From the NCBI GenBank assembly GCA_026026165.1, contig JAPEUD010000035.1, positions 62,001 to 126,000 on the forward strand: a stretch of 64,000 nt of DNA, read 5' to 3'. The notes beneath the pieces are model-generated. The model made no database searches. It had not been told where the DNA came from and saw only the letters and a list, made by a program, of their open reading frames with translations. Positions 38,325 through 51,365 of this stretch are shown here, piece by piece. The DNA is from Sarea resinae (taxonomy: Eukaryota). The number at the start of each line of letters is the position of its first letter. The stretch's first letter is position 1. Position numbers and translations under genes: made by a program.

Positions 38325-38544
38325 ATATCTTGGGAAGAATGAGTGGAAATTGCATCTTTGGCGCATGGGTCTGGTGTGCTAGGTTTTTGAGATTTTCAGC
38401 ATGGAAAAGATATTGGAAGGCTTTTTGGCTCCTTAATCTTGGAACATACTATTCAATCAGGGCCCCACACAATCGTGTTTATACAAGCCTGGATCCCAGC
38501 GCCGGAACTCCGCCATGTAGATGCAGCATCCCCATCTCCAACAC

Positions 38545-39389
38545 CTATACATCCTTCAACAATCGCTTGACCAGCTTCTCCTGCGCTTCGATTCCCAAGT
38601 CCTGCGCATCGGTAGCCTGCAACGCTCTCCCCACCACCACGGTTTCCTTCACACTCCCACTATCCACCCACACCAGCCCGTTCCTCCCCACTGCTATCTC
38701 AAACGCCACTCTCTCTGCCAGTAGCTCCAACACCACCACCCCACCCTGCTCTCGTGCCTTCGGCATCATCAGCCGCCGCGCCATGCCCAAGCTGACCTCA
38801 AAGACCATGCCGCCCTTCAGCTCACCCAGCCCTTCGGATTTGCCCGTGGAAGGATGTACACATTCGAGCTCGGGGTCCATGTGCTTGTTTGCGAGTGCGA
38901 TGCGCGCGTAGACGAGGCTTCCTGGGGGTAAGATCGGCCGCGTTTTCTTGGTTGCGCCTTCGAAGGATAGTTGGCCCAGTTGGGCGAGCGGCGTGAAGGG
39001 TGTCAGGGCACAGTGATAGAAGTCGACCGATGAATGGTGCACGGTAGCTATTACCTGGTCGCCTGCGGTGGGGATATACTAGGATAGTGCTGTTAATTGG
39101 TCATGCGCTTTCTGTTGGTCCTGCTTTTATATTCGCCCGGGGTTTGGCCCTTGAGGCTTGGAACTCCTGGCTTCAGGGGACTTACGCGACCGCCATTTGA
39201 TTCTATCCAGATGGCATTTTTCTTTTCGTCGACGTGAAGGGCTCCTGCGACCGTGGGAGTGATGGTGTCTGGAGGGATATGGAGGAGGCCTGGGCCGAGC
39301 TTGAGAGGGATGGAGGGGTTGGACGAGGTGGGGAGGACAGAGGGGGAGATGTCTTCTCCGGGGAGGACGAGGAGAGTCTCAGAAGACAT
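38545..39389 (-). CDS. RRP40: Exosome cap subunit Rrp40
   Basis: LPGE..KLGPGL, YIP..GDQVI, LSFEGATKKTRP, GLGELKGG, FEIAVGRNGLVWV; intron 39079-39185. Confidence 0.95.
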
Positions 39390-39820
39390 TTTTGGTGCGC
39401 TACTTCGTAGCAGTATCGTAACTCTCAGGAAATGCCGTAGTGGCACGGCAATGGCTGTCTTATAGGTCCATGAGGAGGCGCAGGGTGAAGTTGATGTGCT
39501 ACTATCGAGAGTATTGGTCTGATATGGGTTTGATCCTTCAGACGGGAGGTATTGTTGAGGTACTTTCTTTGGTGGCAAGACGTACGATGAGTACCTTGGA
39601 AATACTCCCGGCTGCGCCAACTCGAATTCGGATTCGGGCGCTTTCAGTTTATTCTCGACTTCCAAGAATTTTTCGGGAAACAACCGACAAATATCGGCAT
39701 CCTCTCCCACCACCACTCGCTGTGTGAGAGTCTATATTCACGGTCACCCTTCTCCCGTCGTTAGACGTTTTTCTCACTCTCCGATATAAACCTCCGTCTT
39801 CGATATCGTCCTTCCACACC

Positions 39821-41771
39821 ATGAGCGCCGAAGACGCTACGGCGGCAGCGTCCGCACCCGCCGAGCGGTATGCGATTGGAATCTCCTTTGGCAACTCGAA
39901 CAGCTCGATCGCACATACGACTTCGGTAAGGCTGATATGCGAGAAGGCGAATATGTCATTCGTATGCTGACGGTGATTGAATATAGGAAGGGAAAGCTGC
40001 AGTCATTGCCAACGAGGAGGGAGGTAAGTGATCGCTGAATTGCTGCTATCTGAAGTGGCCACGCTGACTTTAGACCAGACCGTCAGATTCCGTCCATATT
40101 AGCTTACGTTGAAGGAGAAGAGTACCATGGAACTCAGGCGAAGGCTCAACTGGTCCGGAATAGCAAGAATACCGTTGCTTACTTCCGAGATTATCTGGGC
40201 AAGGAGTAAGCTATTCGAGAGCCCATCGAGAGGAATATCCTGCTGATGCATATGTCCAGCTTCAAATCGATAGACCCGACTCCAGCACATGCGTCTGCTC
40301 ATCCCCAAGAACATCAATCTACCATTGCCTTCTCCATCAAGGACACTGCTTCCGACGAGGCGAACACCGTGACGGTCTCTGGCATCGTCACGCGCCACAT
40401 CCGACGTCTCGCCTCTTCGGCCTCGGATTATCTCGGCCACAAGGTCAATTCCGCAGTCATCACTGTTCCGACGGACTTTACGGACCGTCAGCGAGAAGAG
40501 TTGTCTGCGGCGGCCAAGGAGGCCGGAATTGACGTCCTTCAGTTCATCAGTGAGCCTGTTGCTGCTGTTCTGGCTTACGACGCTCGTCCCCAAGCAAAGG
40601 TCACGGACAAGATCCTCGTTGTGGCCGACCTTGGGGGTACTCGATCCGATGTTGCAGTCATCGCGTCAAGAGGGGGGATTTACAGCATACTGGCTACCGC
40701 CCACGACTACGAGCTCGGCGGAGCGCAGCTAGACCAAGTCCTGATTGATTACTTTGCCAAGGAATTCATCAAGAAGCACAAGACCGACCCGCGAGAAAAT
40801 GCGCGAAGCTTGGCGAAATTGAAGTTGGAGGCTGAAGCCACGAAGAGAGCTCTCAGCTTGGGTACGACTGCAAGCTTCAGTGTGGAGAGTCTCGTGGATG
40901 GAATTGATTACACGTCCACGGTCAATCGGACACGATATGACTTGCTTGCCAACAAGGTGTTTGGGCAGTTCACGAGATTGATCGAGGGAGCCGTTCAGAA
41001 AGCCGAGCTGGACGTCTTGGATATTGACGAGGTGTGTAATTTGGTGTTTCTTTCAAGGCTCAAACTAATTGTCAATAGGTCATCTTGTCTGGCGGAACAG
41101 CACACACCCCCAAGATTGCATCCCTTCTACAGAACGTGTTCCCCGAATCCACCACTGTTCTCGCCCCCTCGACATCACCGTCAGCCATCAACCCCTCGGA
41201 GCTGTCGTCGCGGGGCGCAGCCATCCAAGCCAGTCTCATCCAGGAATTCGACAAGGAGGACATTGAGCAGTCCACGCACCCCGTGGTCACGGTGACGCCC
41301 CACCTCTCGCACGCCATCGGCGTGCTCCTTATCACCGACGACGAGAAGCGTGGGGTCTTCAAGCCACTCCTGGAAGCCGAGACGGCCGTGCCCGCTCGAC
41401 GAATAGCTCAATTCGCGGCGCCCAAGAACGGCGGCGACGTGCTCATCAAGATCTGCGAGGGCGTGCGCGAGATCAAGGTCACGAAGCCCGAACCCAAATC
41501 CAAAAAGGCGACGGTCGAAGACGACGACGACGACTCCGACCTCGACTCGGACGATGAGGATGATGAGGACGAGGTCCGCGAGAAGGTCTGGAAGGCCGGA
41601 AAGGTCTTGGCCGAGGCGGCTGTTCGGGGCGTCAAGAAGGGCGGCAAGGTCGAGGTGACGGCGAATATCGGACCGGATCTCGGCCTGCAGTTCTCGGCCC
41701 GCGAGGTGGGCGGCAAGGGCGGCGTCAGGGGCGTCGTCGCGCCGAAAGCGAGTGAGAACGGGAGCGCTTAG
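39821..41771 (+). CDS. SSZ1: Atypical Hsp70, ribosome-associated complex subunit Ssz1
   Basis: IGISFGNSNSSIA, IANEEGDRQIPS, ADLGGTRSD, ELGGAQLD; truncated C-terminus with acidic tract; four introns. Confidence 0.93.
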
Positions 41772-42094
41772 ACTTTTGAGCCTGACGGTCGAGCTAGAGC
41801 GGTGGGTGGGGGTAGATTCGGATGGTGGATGGACTAAAATCGTGATGGATTGTTTGCACGGCATAGACTATTTTCACTTCATGTTTTAAGCAAGGGGAGG
41901 CGAGGCAAGGCGAGGCGAGGCAAGGCGAGGCAAGGCAAGACGAGGCAAGGCACGAGAGCAGGCATGACGGAGGTGTGAATGTGGTGCGGTATGGTGTGGT
42001 GTGGGGATAACACATCTCCGTAGACCATCCGAGGGGCCGGGCATGATGAGTATACGTAGGTAGAGAAGAAAACAACTATAGACTGCTTCGTACG

Positions 42095-42960
42095 TCATCT
42101 CCTCCTCTTCCTCCTCCTCTCTCCTCCTCTCTCCTCCTCACCCTCCTCTCGTTCCTCCTTTGGTGATAGATTTTCTGTCTGTGATTGTAAGTGATGACTA
42201 CATATATGGCTAGAGCCGTGTGGATTCGGAGGAGAGTAGAGGAAAGTCAAGGAAGGGCGTTGTGTTGTGGGTGGCTTCTCGCCGTAAATGGTCTGTGCTC
42301 TTCTTCTTCTTCTTCTTCTTCTTCTTCTTCTTGTCACTATCTTTACTTTCTCTATTTACCTCCTCTACTTCACCTAACTTACCAGTAATTTTCTTCAAAG
42401 ATTAACACAGCAATTAGTGTTACTTTCGCACCCCTTTATATCTAGCTAGCTAGGGTTTTTATAAGGGGAACAGGGGTTTGTTCTTCGACTATTGTGTTTA
42501 GTGTTATTTAGGTTCGTTATACGCTAGGTTAGAGAGTAGAGGGTAGAGAGTAGAGGGTAGAGAGTGTAGAATAGAGAGTAGAGGGTAGAGAGTGTAGAAT
42601 AGAGAGTAGAGGGTAGAGAGGGTAGAATAGAGAATAGAGACTAGAGACTAGAGACTATAGAGAAGAAGGAAGAGAGAAGGATAGAGGAAAGGATAGAGGA
42701 AAAGGGGTGTAGGATAGGAGGAGGATTGATGTAGGGATAGAAGAAAGGGCACAAGAGATATAAAGTAGACATTTAGTAGAGAGAAGAGGGAAAAGACGAG
42801 GAGAGGAAGAGGGTAGGGGAAAGATAGAAGAAAGAGAGAGAAGAACAGAAAGAAAAAGAAAAGGAGAAGCAGAGACGAAACAAGAAGAAAAGGCCTATAG
42901 CATAAAACAGGTAAGAGGAGAGTCAAAAAAGAAAAAGTAAAAAGGACGGGAAACTTAGAC
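42095..42960. repeat. Low-complexity region: (CCT)n, (TTC)n and a polypurine TAGAGAGTAGAGGG-type tandem array
   Basis: (TTC)n at ~42298-42331; repeated tagagagtagagggtagagagtgtagaa units at ~42530-42650. Confidence 0.85.
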
Positions 42961-43056
42961 GGAGACAAGCATAAATTCAGAAAAGGAAAGCATAAACCCC
43001 ACCCCACGCAAACACCGCCAAATGCCACCGCCAACACCAGCGAGAATCAACAACAA

Positions 43057-43818
43057 TCATGCCACTATCCCCAAGCCCACCACCGCGGTCGTGAAGACGG
43101 CAACATAGGCAGCCACGAGTGCTGCATCGAGCGGGACGTGTCTGGGACCCGCACCGCTGGTGCTGCTTGACATATGGCTGCTAGTGCTAGTGCTGGTGCT
43201 GGTGCTGGTGCTGGTTTCGGAAGACACTGGTTTCGACGATGGAGATGATGCAGATGGTACAGCGGCGGAGGATTGGGGCGCTGATGAAGAAGACGACAAT
43301 AATGACGACGATGACGGGATCGAGGATCCGGACGCGGAGACCCTCTGTACCGTGCTCGTCGATTCGGCAGAGAGGAGCGTGAGGAAAGTGGAGGCGGAGA
43401 GGCCGGTAGAAGCGGGGGTTTTAGTAGATGAAGATGGAATCGACGGCGATGGTGTCGACGATGTTGCTGGTGCTGATGGTGATGGAGGTGAAGAGGAGAA
43501 GGCGGAGGACGACGACGACGCCACTAGCTGCGCCTCCTGCCCCCTCGTCTTTGTCTCCGTGGCCGTGGCCGTGATCATAGATACCCCCGACACAGGCGAC
43601 ACGGTCCGCGTGATCGTAGTCGTGGAGACGGTGGATGAGGGGTCATTGGCAATATCTCGTGCCTCGAGCGCTGTTGCGCGTGCTTCGGTCGTTGTCGCCC
43701 CGGCGGTGGTGGCAGAGAAGATGAGAAGCACGAAACCGAGGGCGAGGAGGTGGTGAAGGGAAAACTGAAAAGGAGAAGAAGGGAATGGAGAGCTGGTCCG
43801 ATGCGATGGCTTTTGCAT
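43057..43818 (-). CDS. Ser/Thr-rich secreted, probably GPI-anchored cell-surface protein
   Basis: N-terminal hydrophobic LLALGFVLLIFSA, S/T-rich body, C-terminal SGAG-spacer-hydrophobic tail (ALVAAYVAVFTTAVVGLGIVA). Confidence 0.75.
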   Translation of the reverse strand: MQKPSHRTSSPFPSSPFQFSLHHLLALGFVLLIFSATTAGATTTEARATALEARDIANDPSSTVSTTTITRTVSPVSGVSMITATATETKTRGQEAQLVASSSSSAFSSSPPSPSAPATSSTPSPSIPSSSTKTPASTGLSASTFLTLLSAESTSTVQRVSASGSSIPSSSSLLSSSSSAPQSSAAVPSASSPSSKPVSSETSTSTSTSTSTSSHMSSSTSGAGPRHVPLDAALVAAYVAVFTTAVVGLGIVA

Positions 43819-45591
43819 TTGGTTGTCGTTGTTCTTTCCGTTCTTTTAAAGTGATGGACTGGAGGGGCGAGTCAAAAGAGACCGGTCCGAATATTCCGTG
43901 ATCAGCAATCGTATAAGCTAGGCACACAAGCAGAAAGAAACAGACGGCTGAACAAATAGGAGGGGTAGCGAATGAACCGGTCGAGACCCAGACCAGCTGG
44001 CTAATGATGCTTGGATTTCTTCTGTGTAGACAAGAGGATGGACGAAGGGAAAGAGAACAAAAACTCGATATGTCTCTATCCAGCCCGGTAATCGACAGAG
44101 TAAACCAGCACCGGAAAGTCGGTGACAGAAACGAAAGATCCGGCCAGAGCAACCAGACACCCAGAAGGGAAGATGAGAAAGATGGAGATAGAACAGCCAT
44201 GGAAAGCAGCTATCACCTAACATATACATACCCACCTCTCATCAGCCAACGGCAAATTCAATAAAGCATTGAGCGCTTCTTCCTCTCCCGACATGCTCGA
44301 AAAGTCCCCTTACCCCTCTCCATCTGTCTCAGGATGCGCGGGCCATAAGAGCTGAGACGTCATATAGCCGGTGGCCGCACCAAAGGCCTCCCCATTCCTC
44401 TCCCTCCTCCAGCCTCAGACCACGGCAGAACGGCCAGAGCCACAACAGCCAGATTCTATGGAATAAACCCGTCAAATTGGCTAATGTGATGATACCATGT
44501 CTGCGACGATTAGGGTTTGGTAATAACCGGTGGGAGGCGATGCGACTGGCATTTGAGTGGTTGATGATGGGCGGTGGCTAAGTGTTTCAGTTGTGTATCG
44601 CGAGTGTATGGAGAAGGAGGTCGGCGCAGGTTGAAGCGAGCGATGCGCGCCAACGCTCTACAGTCGTCTTTCTTCAGAATGGAGCAGCAGCTGCGAGCGA
44701 TTTGCGCAATCTATCCTCCAAATTATAGAAAGAAAAAGCAGAGGCACCTACCAAACCTACGCTTTTCGGGCTTAAGCAAGCTAGAACTTTGGACCGCCAA
44801 GCATACACGAGATATAACTCAAACGCATGCACAGGATCATTCCATGGGGGTAGAGCACCTAGCCAAGGCTCAAGAATGCCGTAACAATATAGACGCAGCG
44901 AGTGCTACTTGCTCAACGGTCAACCATTGATTCAATTCGATTCGATTCATTCCGTAATTCCTTGATGCCCATGTATAAAAAGTTTGCGTACAGCACACAC
45001 AGACACAATGGATCTCACTATCGCAAAAAAGAGAATGGGGGAGGGGAAGAAGACAAGAAAGAAAACATAAAGAAAAGAAAAAGTGTGGGTAATATAAAAG
45101 ACTGGGAAAATGAAAAATTGGGAAGAATGGCCGTTATGGATCCTTTTTCCTGTACCAACCAGGGGTTCATTCGATTGAACAACAAAATCAACATCGCTGT
45201 GCCTTGCCTTTGCCGTGCCGTGCCGTGCCTTGCCTTGCTCCCTCTTGCTCCCTTGCTACCGTGGCCCCTCATACCTAATAGGCAATAAGGCGGAGGCCCG
45301 ATATGATGGGAGAAACGATGTACGCGCTAAGGAGCCACGCCATTGAACGCCTCATGGATATGTATGTGCAGCAGGCAAAAAATACCCAAGGAAGAAAAGG
45401 AGAGTAAAGTAAGAAGAATCTGTACCGAAAGAAAGAAGGAAAGGATGATAAGTCTGTCAGCCATGAGATAAATGATCATCGATGACACGAAAGCCGTACT
45501 GCGCTCTAACTTCTCATGCTAGATAGATATCGCCGACTTGTTCGACAGCAAACAACCAAGAATGCCAATACCATAAGGAATATGATAAGAG

Positions 45592-47933
45592 CTATCGGTC
45601 CACTTTTTGCCAGCCGTTCAAAAATGCCATCAGACCTACACCTAGGACCACAACACCTAATATTGACGCATATGGTGCAGAGGTAGTAAGCTGATCGTGC
45701 GGGCCTCTTGACCTTGCGAGGGCTGTAGAGACAACCCTCTTTAGATTGGCTACATCGTCTGGAGATATGGCTTTGCCATTCTGGCCATCGACGCGCGCGA
45801 TTAAAGCCTCGGCTGAAGCCGATTCATCCACATCACCATCGTTGGATACTTTCTCGGTCTGAGTAGACATTTCGGTACTCCTGCGTCTGGCTAGAGCTTT
45901 GGCTTCACGCTCTGCGTCATCTCTCCGAATCTTCTCCACCATCTCTGCCAAGCTCTTCCGATCAGTAGCTCGCTCTTCTTCCGCGACCTCAGCTCTCTGC
46001 TTGTATTTCTCAATCTGCTGCTTCATCTCGTCCATTTCAGCTACCATAAGCTCAAGGCGTTGCTGAAGGCGAGCAGTCGAGGCATCGAAGACACTGGTGT
46101 CTTCTTGTGTCTCTTCTTTAAGCTCTTTGGAAGGACTTGCGGCATCGCTGGAGCCAAATTCATCCAAGCCTGGGATGACACCGTTGACACTATGGCCATC
46201 TTCTTCAGAGGTTGTGTCTAATTCACCTGCGCCATCCTTGAGGTCCCCGTCTTGCTCCTGTGACGCCGATTGGAGGCGTTTCGCCAGTTCTTCCGCGCTT
46301 TCCCGAGCAAGGCGCTCATGAATCAAAAGATCCTCTAGATCCTTCACCCTTGCTCCTTGTGAGTCAATTTCCTTCTTTGCAGTAGCCAATGCTTCGATCA
46401 ACGAGACGATTTGGTGAGATGAATCAGGCCGCGTGGGAGAGCCGTTCATTCCCGACTTCGGCCGCTCGGTATCACTTCGTCTAAGATTGGGCTGGAAATT
46501 AGACTCTGTATTCAGTCGTGCCGCATCCGGCTTTTCGGGAAGAGGCTGTTGTGGAGGAGGTGCTGGCGGGTCTGAGAAGCGGGCTTTATGATCCATCCTC
46601 GAGGGCAAGGGGCCGCCATTGACAAAGTGTGGGCGATTAGGCTGAGGTTGCTTGCCATCCTCCTTGGGCGAGTCGGTCAGTAAGGTGTTGAAGTATTCGC
46701 CGGTACGTTGGAGTTCGTTAGATTGCTGCTTGGCTGCTCTCAATTCCGTCTTTGACGCATTAGCAGAGGTCGCCACAAATCATCTGGTAGTCTTACCGTC
46801 AATTTCTTCACAATCTGCTCCATGGTAACAGGGGTCAACCAAAAGTTCGTGTGTCTCTGCTGCGACATTGCGTTCATGTTGCTCCCAGCGACGCTTGGGG
46901 TCCCTGCTCCTATCCGACCATTACTACCAAGCGAACCCTGACTACCAGTACGACCTCTCAACTGCGCCAGATTTTGACTAAGCGGAGGAGCCATCAGACC
47001 GCCTCCAGCAGTAGGATCAATATCTCCAAAGTTCAAATCCAAGACATTCGTTCCAGTGCCGTAGATACCTGCATGCTCAACCCTTGCCGCGACTTTGTGA
47101 TGCATGATTGTCTTTTGGTCCTCGTGGACGATATCGATCCCGAGTTCTAGGAGATCTTGTTCCCTCAGTTCGTGAGGTTCGGAGTCTCGGTTTTCGGCAG
47201 AGAGTCGTTGTCCATTAACAAAGGTGCCGTTGGATGACTTCACGTCTCGAATCCAAATCTTTCCATTTCGATCCGCCCAGACTTCTGCATGCTGTCTTGA
47301 TAAGACTTTGGAATCAAAGTATCCGTTCACGGGCGTAGGTATCGTCTTGGCATTAGTTTGTCGGCCAATACGCATGACATCCGGGAAGAAAGGCACGGTG
47401 ATGGTCTTTCGCTCAAATGTGCCGTTCATCGGGAGTAGATGAAGTATCGCTGGACTTTCGCCCTGACCTTGTGCCATTGCGCCGCGTCCTCCATTTTGTT
47501 GTGTCTGAGACATGTGCTGAGATGGTAATATCGGTGACGGCTGGTGGATGGCAGACATGGCTGACGCGGCCGAAGGACCAGATGAGGACGAGGCCACGGG
47601 ATGAGGTCGAGCCGTGGATACTCCAGATATAGGCTCCGCCTTCCCTGCAGGCCAGACTCCCCTCGACAACTTTTTCCTCGCCCCCCAGCCGCTTAAGTCT
47701 CCTGCGGCGTTGAACGAACTGCCGTTTGACTGTGGTGGTGGTGCCGTGATTGTCGACGATGATGACGAGGAGGCTATTGACGAGGAAGAACCGCTACGGG
47801 GAGTACCCTTCCGGGGCATGAACATTCGCGAAACGTCCTCCGGACTCATTGAATTAAGGCCGCCTTGTCCACCGTTACCTGTGTTCCATCCTGCCCGCGA
47901 GATCGGTTGAAAAGGAGTCGCCACTGCAGTCAT
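45592..47933 (-). CDS. VPS64: FHA-domain tail-anchored STRIPAK/Far complex subunit (Vps64/Far9/SLMAP/PRO45-like)
   Basis: FHA: IGRQTN..FDSKVLSRQHAEV..IRDVKSSNGTFVNG; coiled coils; C-terminal TM (ILGVVVLGVGLMAFLNGW); intron 46750-46796. Confidence 0.9.
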
Positions 47934-49244
47934 CTGTACCAATTTGACGGCTTATCGGATTTGACTCTCTTCGTGTCCGTATCCAAGCTCGGGTCCGCCT
48001 GCGGTCTCACTCAAATTCTCAGTTGACACGCGACCGTGGCACGTTGAGCAAAGAGGTCGACGAGGAGAGAGGATCGAGCGAACTTCATCAGAAGGCGGCA
48101 ATAACGATAAATGCGATACGCTTCATATGATAAATGACTGGGATATGCTCTGTCTCCACCGTCAGCGCTCCCGTAGCCGCCGAGTGAGATGGGGATTGTC
48201 ATTGGAACGGACGAGGCATTCGATTCCGAAGCGAGAAGCGAGACCAACAAAGATAGGGACGGGGAAAGGAGACTCTTCGGGACTTACCATTGAAAGAGGC
48301 ACGAAAGAGGGAGGCAACCTGGAAGGGAGTGGCGATGCAGAAAGCGACGAACGTCGTAAGGCTACAGTAGATGTGGTTTCCTCGTGGCGGAGATGTATAG
48401 CGAGGAAGAGGAGATGGTGATGGTGGTAGTGGTGGTGGTGGTGGTGGTGGTGATGATGATAACCTATGGTGATTGATCCGGTTGTAGTAAGAGGTGGTGT
48501 TGTGTTCTTCGCTTGGCGGCTGTACTCTACTCTGTAGCTGTCAGTGGAGAGTACAGAGTACTGCCAATATTAATACGAGGCGTACGAGGTACGTTGGAGT
48601 GAGATTGAGAGTAGTGAGACAGGCGAAGATATCAATCAATCAGTGCAGGCTTGACCAGTACTGTACGAGGTACCTCACTACGAGTGTACGGGTGGCAGTG
48701 ACAAAGAGCCAGCGAGCTACTCCGGAGTAGAAGCATCAGAACGATAAGCTTTGTGATTGCGTGTGTGATTGGAAATGACACCCATTTTCGCCCGTTGTGT
48801 TCGTCCAAGAATAAAGCAAGGGAATCTGCGAGATAGCCCCTATCAAATGCTCGCTCGTTCTCCCCTGGTTACAGGCTGGCATGTCCTGCCAACTGCAGAG
48901 TAAGGTACAGAGTACACAGTAACAGATACCCACGATCCCACTCCGCAATTAAGGCACGTGACGGACGCATGGACGAGAAAGTGGAACGGGAAGCGTGCTA
49001 CTACGGCGTACTCCAGTACGGTAGACATTGCATCCAAGGATGTCGGCCACCTGCAATGAAGCGAGACGATGGTCCGCCTAGCCACAGGAGCCAAAACCGT
49101 CACTTGTCATCTCGAAGCCTTCGACCAGGTCGCCAGCTTCAGCGAAGAAGAGGAATCACCGAAAGAGAGAAAAGTCGGTCATTCGAAAGAGACACAGAGA
49201 ACACAATCACGCCTTGCGCCTTCATCGATCAAGTAACCCCGACG

Positions 49245-49878
49245 ATGCCTGTCCCAGTGGGAGCAGCAGGCGGAGGCATGCACGGCCCCTCGCTCTTCGA
49301 TAAACGTTCGTTATACCATCAATTCTTTCTCCCGCATCCCTTGCAGTACCTGATACCGAGATGCTGACCTCTTCGTAGTAAAAATGGGAGCCATGATGGG
49401 CGGCTGTAAGTCCCTCTCATCCGGGAGAAGGAGGAGCTATCATGGAACGATCCTTGCTGACCCTCCTCCCTCGGCGCAGCGGTTGGCCTGATCATCGGCT
49501 TCATATTCGGTATGCCCTCCTTCACCGCCGTCTCACTTCTCTCCGATACCCTTTCTGACAATTGCATTTTCATAATCTCCAGGCGGTGTAAATATGATAA
49601 GATTTGGTCCCGGTCCCAACGGCTTCATGCGCACCCTAGGACAATATATGATCGGCTCCGCCGCCACCTTTGGGTATGCCCTCGTCTCTCTCGTCTCATT
49701 TCTGCCCGAGCGATCCCGTCTGTATATACTGACGAGTATCAAAAGCTTCTTCATGTCTATTGGCAGTGCCATCAGGACGGAAGAGCTCTCGCCCATCGCG
49801 GCACAGGCATTTGCGCGAGCACAACGGCAGCCCATGATTCTGCAGAGACCGCGGATACCGGTCGAGGAACGACAGTGA
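49245..49878 (+). CDS. MGR2: TIM23-associated Mgr2/ROMO1
   Basis: Spliced [61 protein letters not shown]; four introns. Confidence 0.93.
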
Positions 49879-50332
49879 GCGGATTTCAAGGATTAGATGG
49901 ACTTTTCAAGTGCTGGGAGAAGCAGGTGACCATGAGCGACTTGGGGGCATATCCTGAAATTGGCTCTTTCGCCCAGGCGTGTACAACAGAAGGATTCCCA
50001 AAATATGTCGAATATATTGCTTCGAGGGGAGCAGCTGTTCCAACGAGCGAGATATTTGTATTCGCATTTTCTAGCAATTTACTATAGTACATATGATATT
50101 GATCGTCCGTTCCATACCTCACCATATCGTACATGACGGGCCTCAGCCAATCGATGCATCGGCTTCGAAATCGACAACTGATGGAATGAAGAACGCCAGG
50201 GGAGAAACTGGATTATACGCTCAAACGCGAAACCAAACCGAGGACTGTCATGACAAAAAACGCCCGCGTTCAAGAAAGTGAAATAGGCCGCCCAAGTGTA
50301 GTGTCACCAAGTAAAGTTGATATTCACATGCA

Positions 50333-51365
50333 TCACATTATAATGCATTTCGACTCGGCTTTCGCGCCCTTGGCAGGCTTAACGGTCAAAGCGACTCGAG
50401 CTGCTTCCGTAAACGCTTCATTGACGCCCCTATTTTTCATCGCGGAGCATTCTAATTAGGTCAGTGACCTGCGTGATAGAAGCTCAAGTTGGCTCGAGGA
50501 GGGAAATAAACCTACCAAGGTACCGTAGGGCCTTTATCCGTTTGGCAACTTCCAGGCCCTGATTATAATTGATCAGCTGCTTCTTTTCCTGCCGTGGCAT
50601 GTTGCCATCTGTTGCGTCCTCGTCCTCATCGGCGATCGCCTCGCGCAGATCGCATTTGAGTGCTACCAGGACGAGCTTCACTCCGGGGCAATTCTCTGCA
50701 ATCTCGCCAACCCATTTAGACTCCACGTTTTCCAGAGAATCCTTCGAATCGACCTGCGATCCTCATGAGCTTGGATGGGATGAAGGGGTAGTCGTGTCGC
50801 TCACACTAAAGCAAAGCATGATAGCATGCGTGTCGTCGTACGAGAGTGACCGGAGGCGATCAAATTCTTCTTGGCCAGCGGTGTCCCAGAGACTCAGCTC
50901 CATGTGGACATTGTCAACGAATATATCTGGACGGGTTCAGCATGTGGTGCGCATCGATCAAGGTTTCAAGTCGCATACCGTGTACATAATTCTCTATCTC
51001 AGGTCAGCCAATGATCAGGAGCTGTCAGACGTAGCTACTCACCAAAGACAGTCGGCTCGCTGCAGACGTTCTGTAAGTCAATTGCCCTCCCTCAAAGCAC
51101 TGCAGTGGTGGTAACGCACTATACCATCGGGAAGTATCTGGAGCGCATGAAGTTTAGCAGGCGTACGGAGAGGGGCCGAGTGAAATGCCATATTTACCCT
51201 CTGGTGAAAACATTGAGCAGTGAGGTCTTGCCGCATGCGCCGTCGCCTCTACGCCAAGGTCAGTGATTGTTCCATAGCCGGCCACCTTTTGCAAGCTTCG
51301 GTTCGTACGCACAACAATACCAGCTTCCGCTGTACTGTCTTCTCGCCACCGCATGGTAGCAGCAT
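50333..51365 (-). CDS. RHO3: Rho3 small GTPase
   Basis: MLLPCGG N-terminal Cys, [47 protein letters not shown] box CIIM; seven introns. Confidence 0.95.

Noticed and set aside
37692..41864. Long antisense ORFs over LIP2, RRP40 and SSZ1
   Set aside because: Shadow ORFs from GC-rich codon usage of the real genes.
43160..43756. 198-aa acidic antisense ORF
   Set aside because: Expected mirror of the Ser/Thr-rich gene on the other strand.
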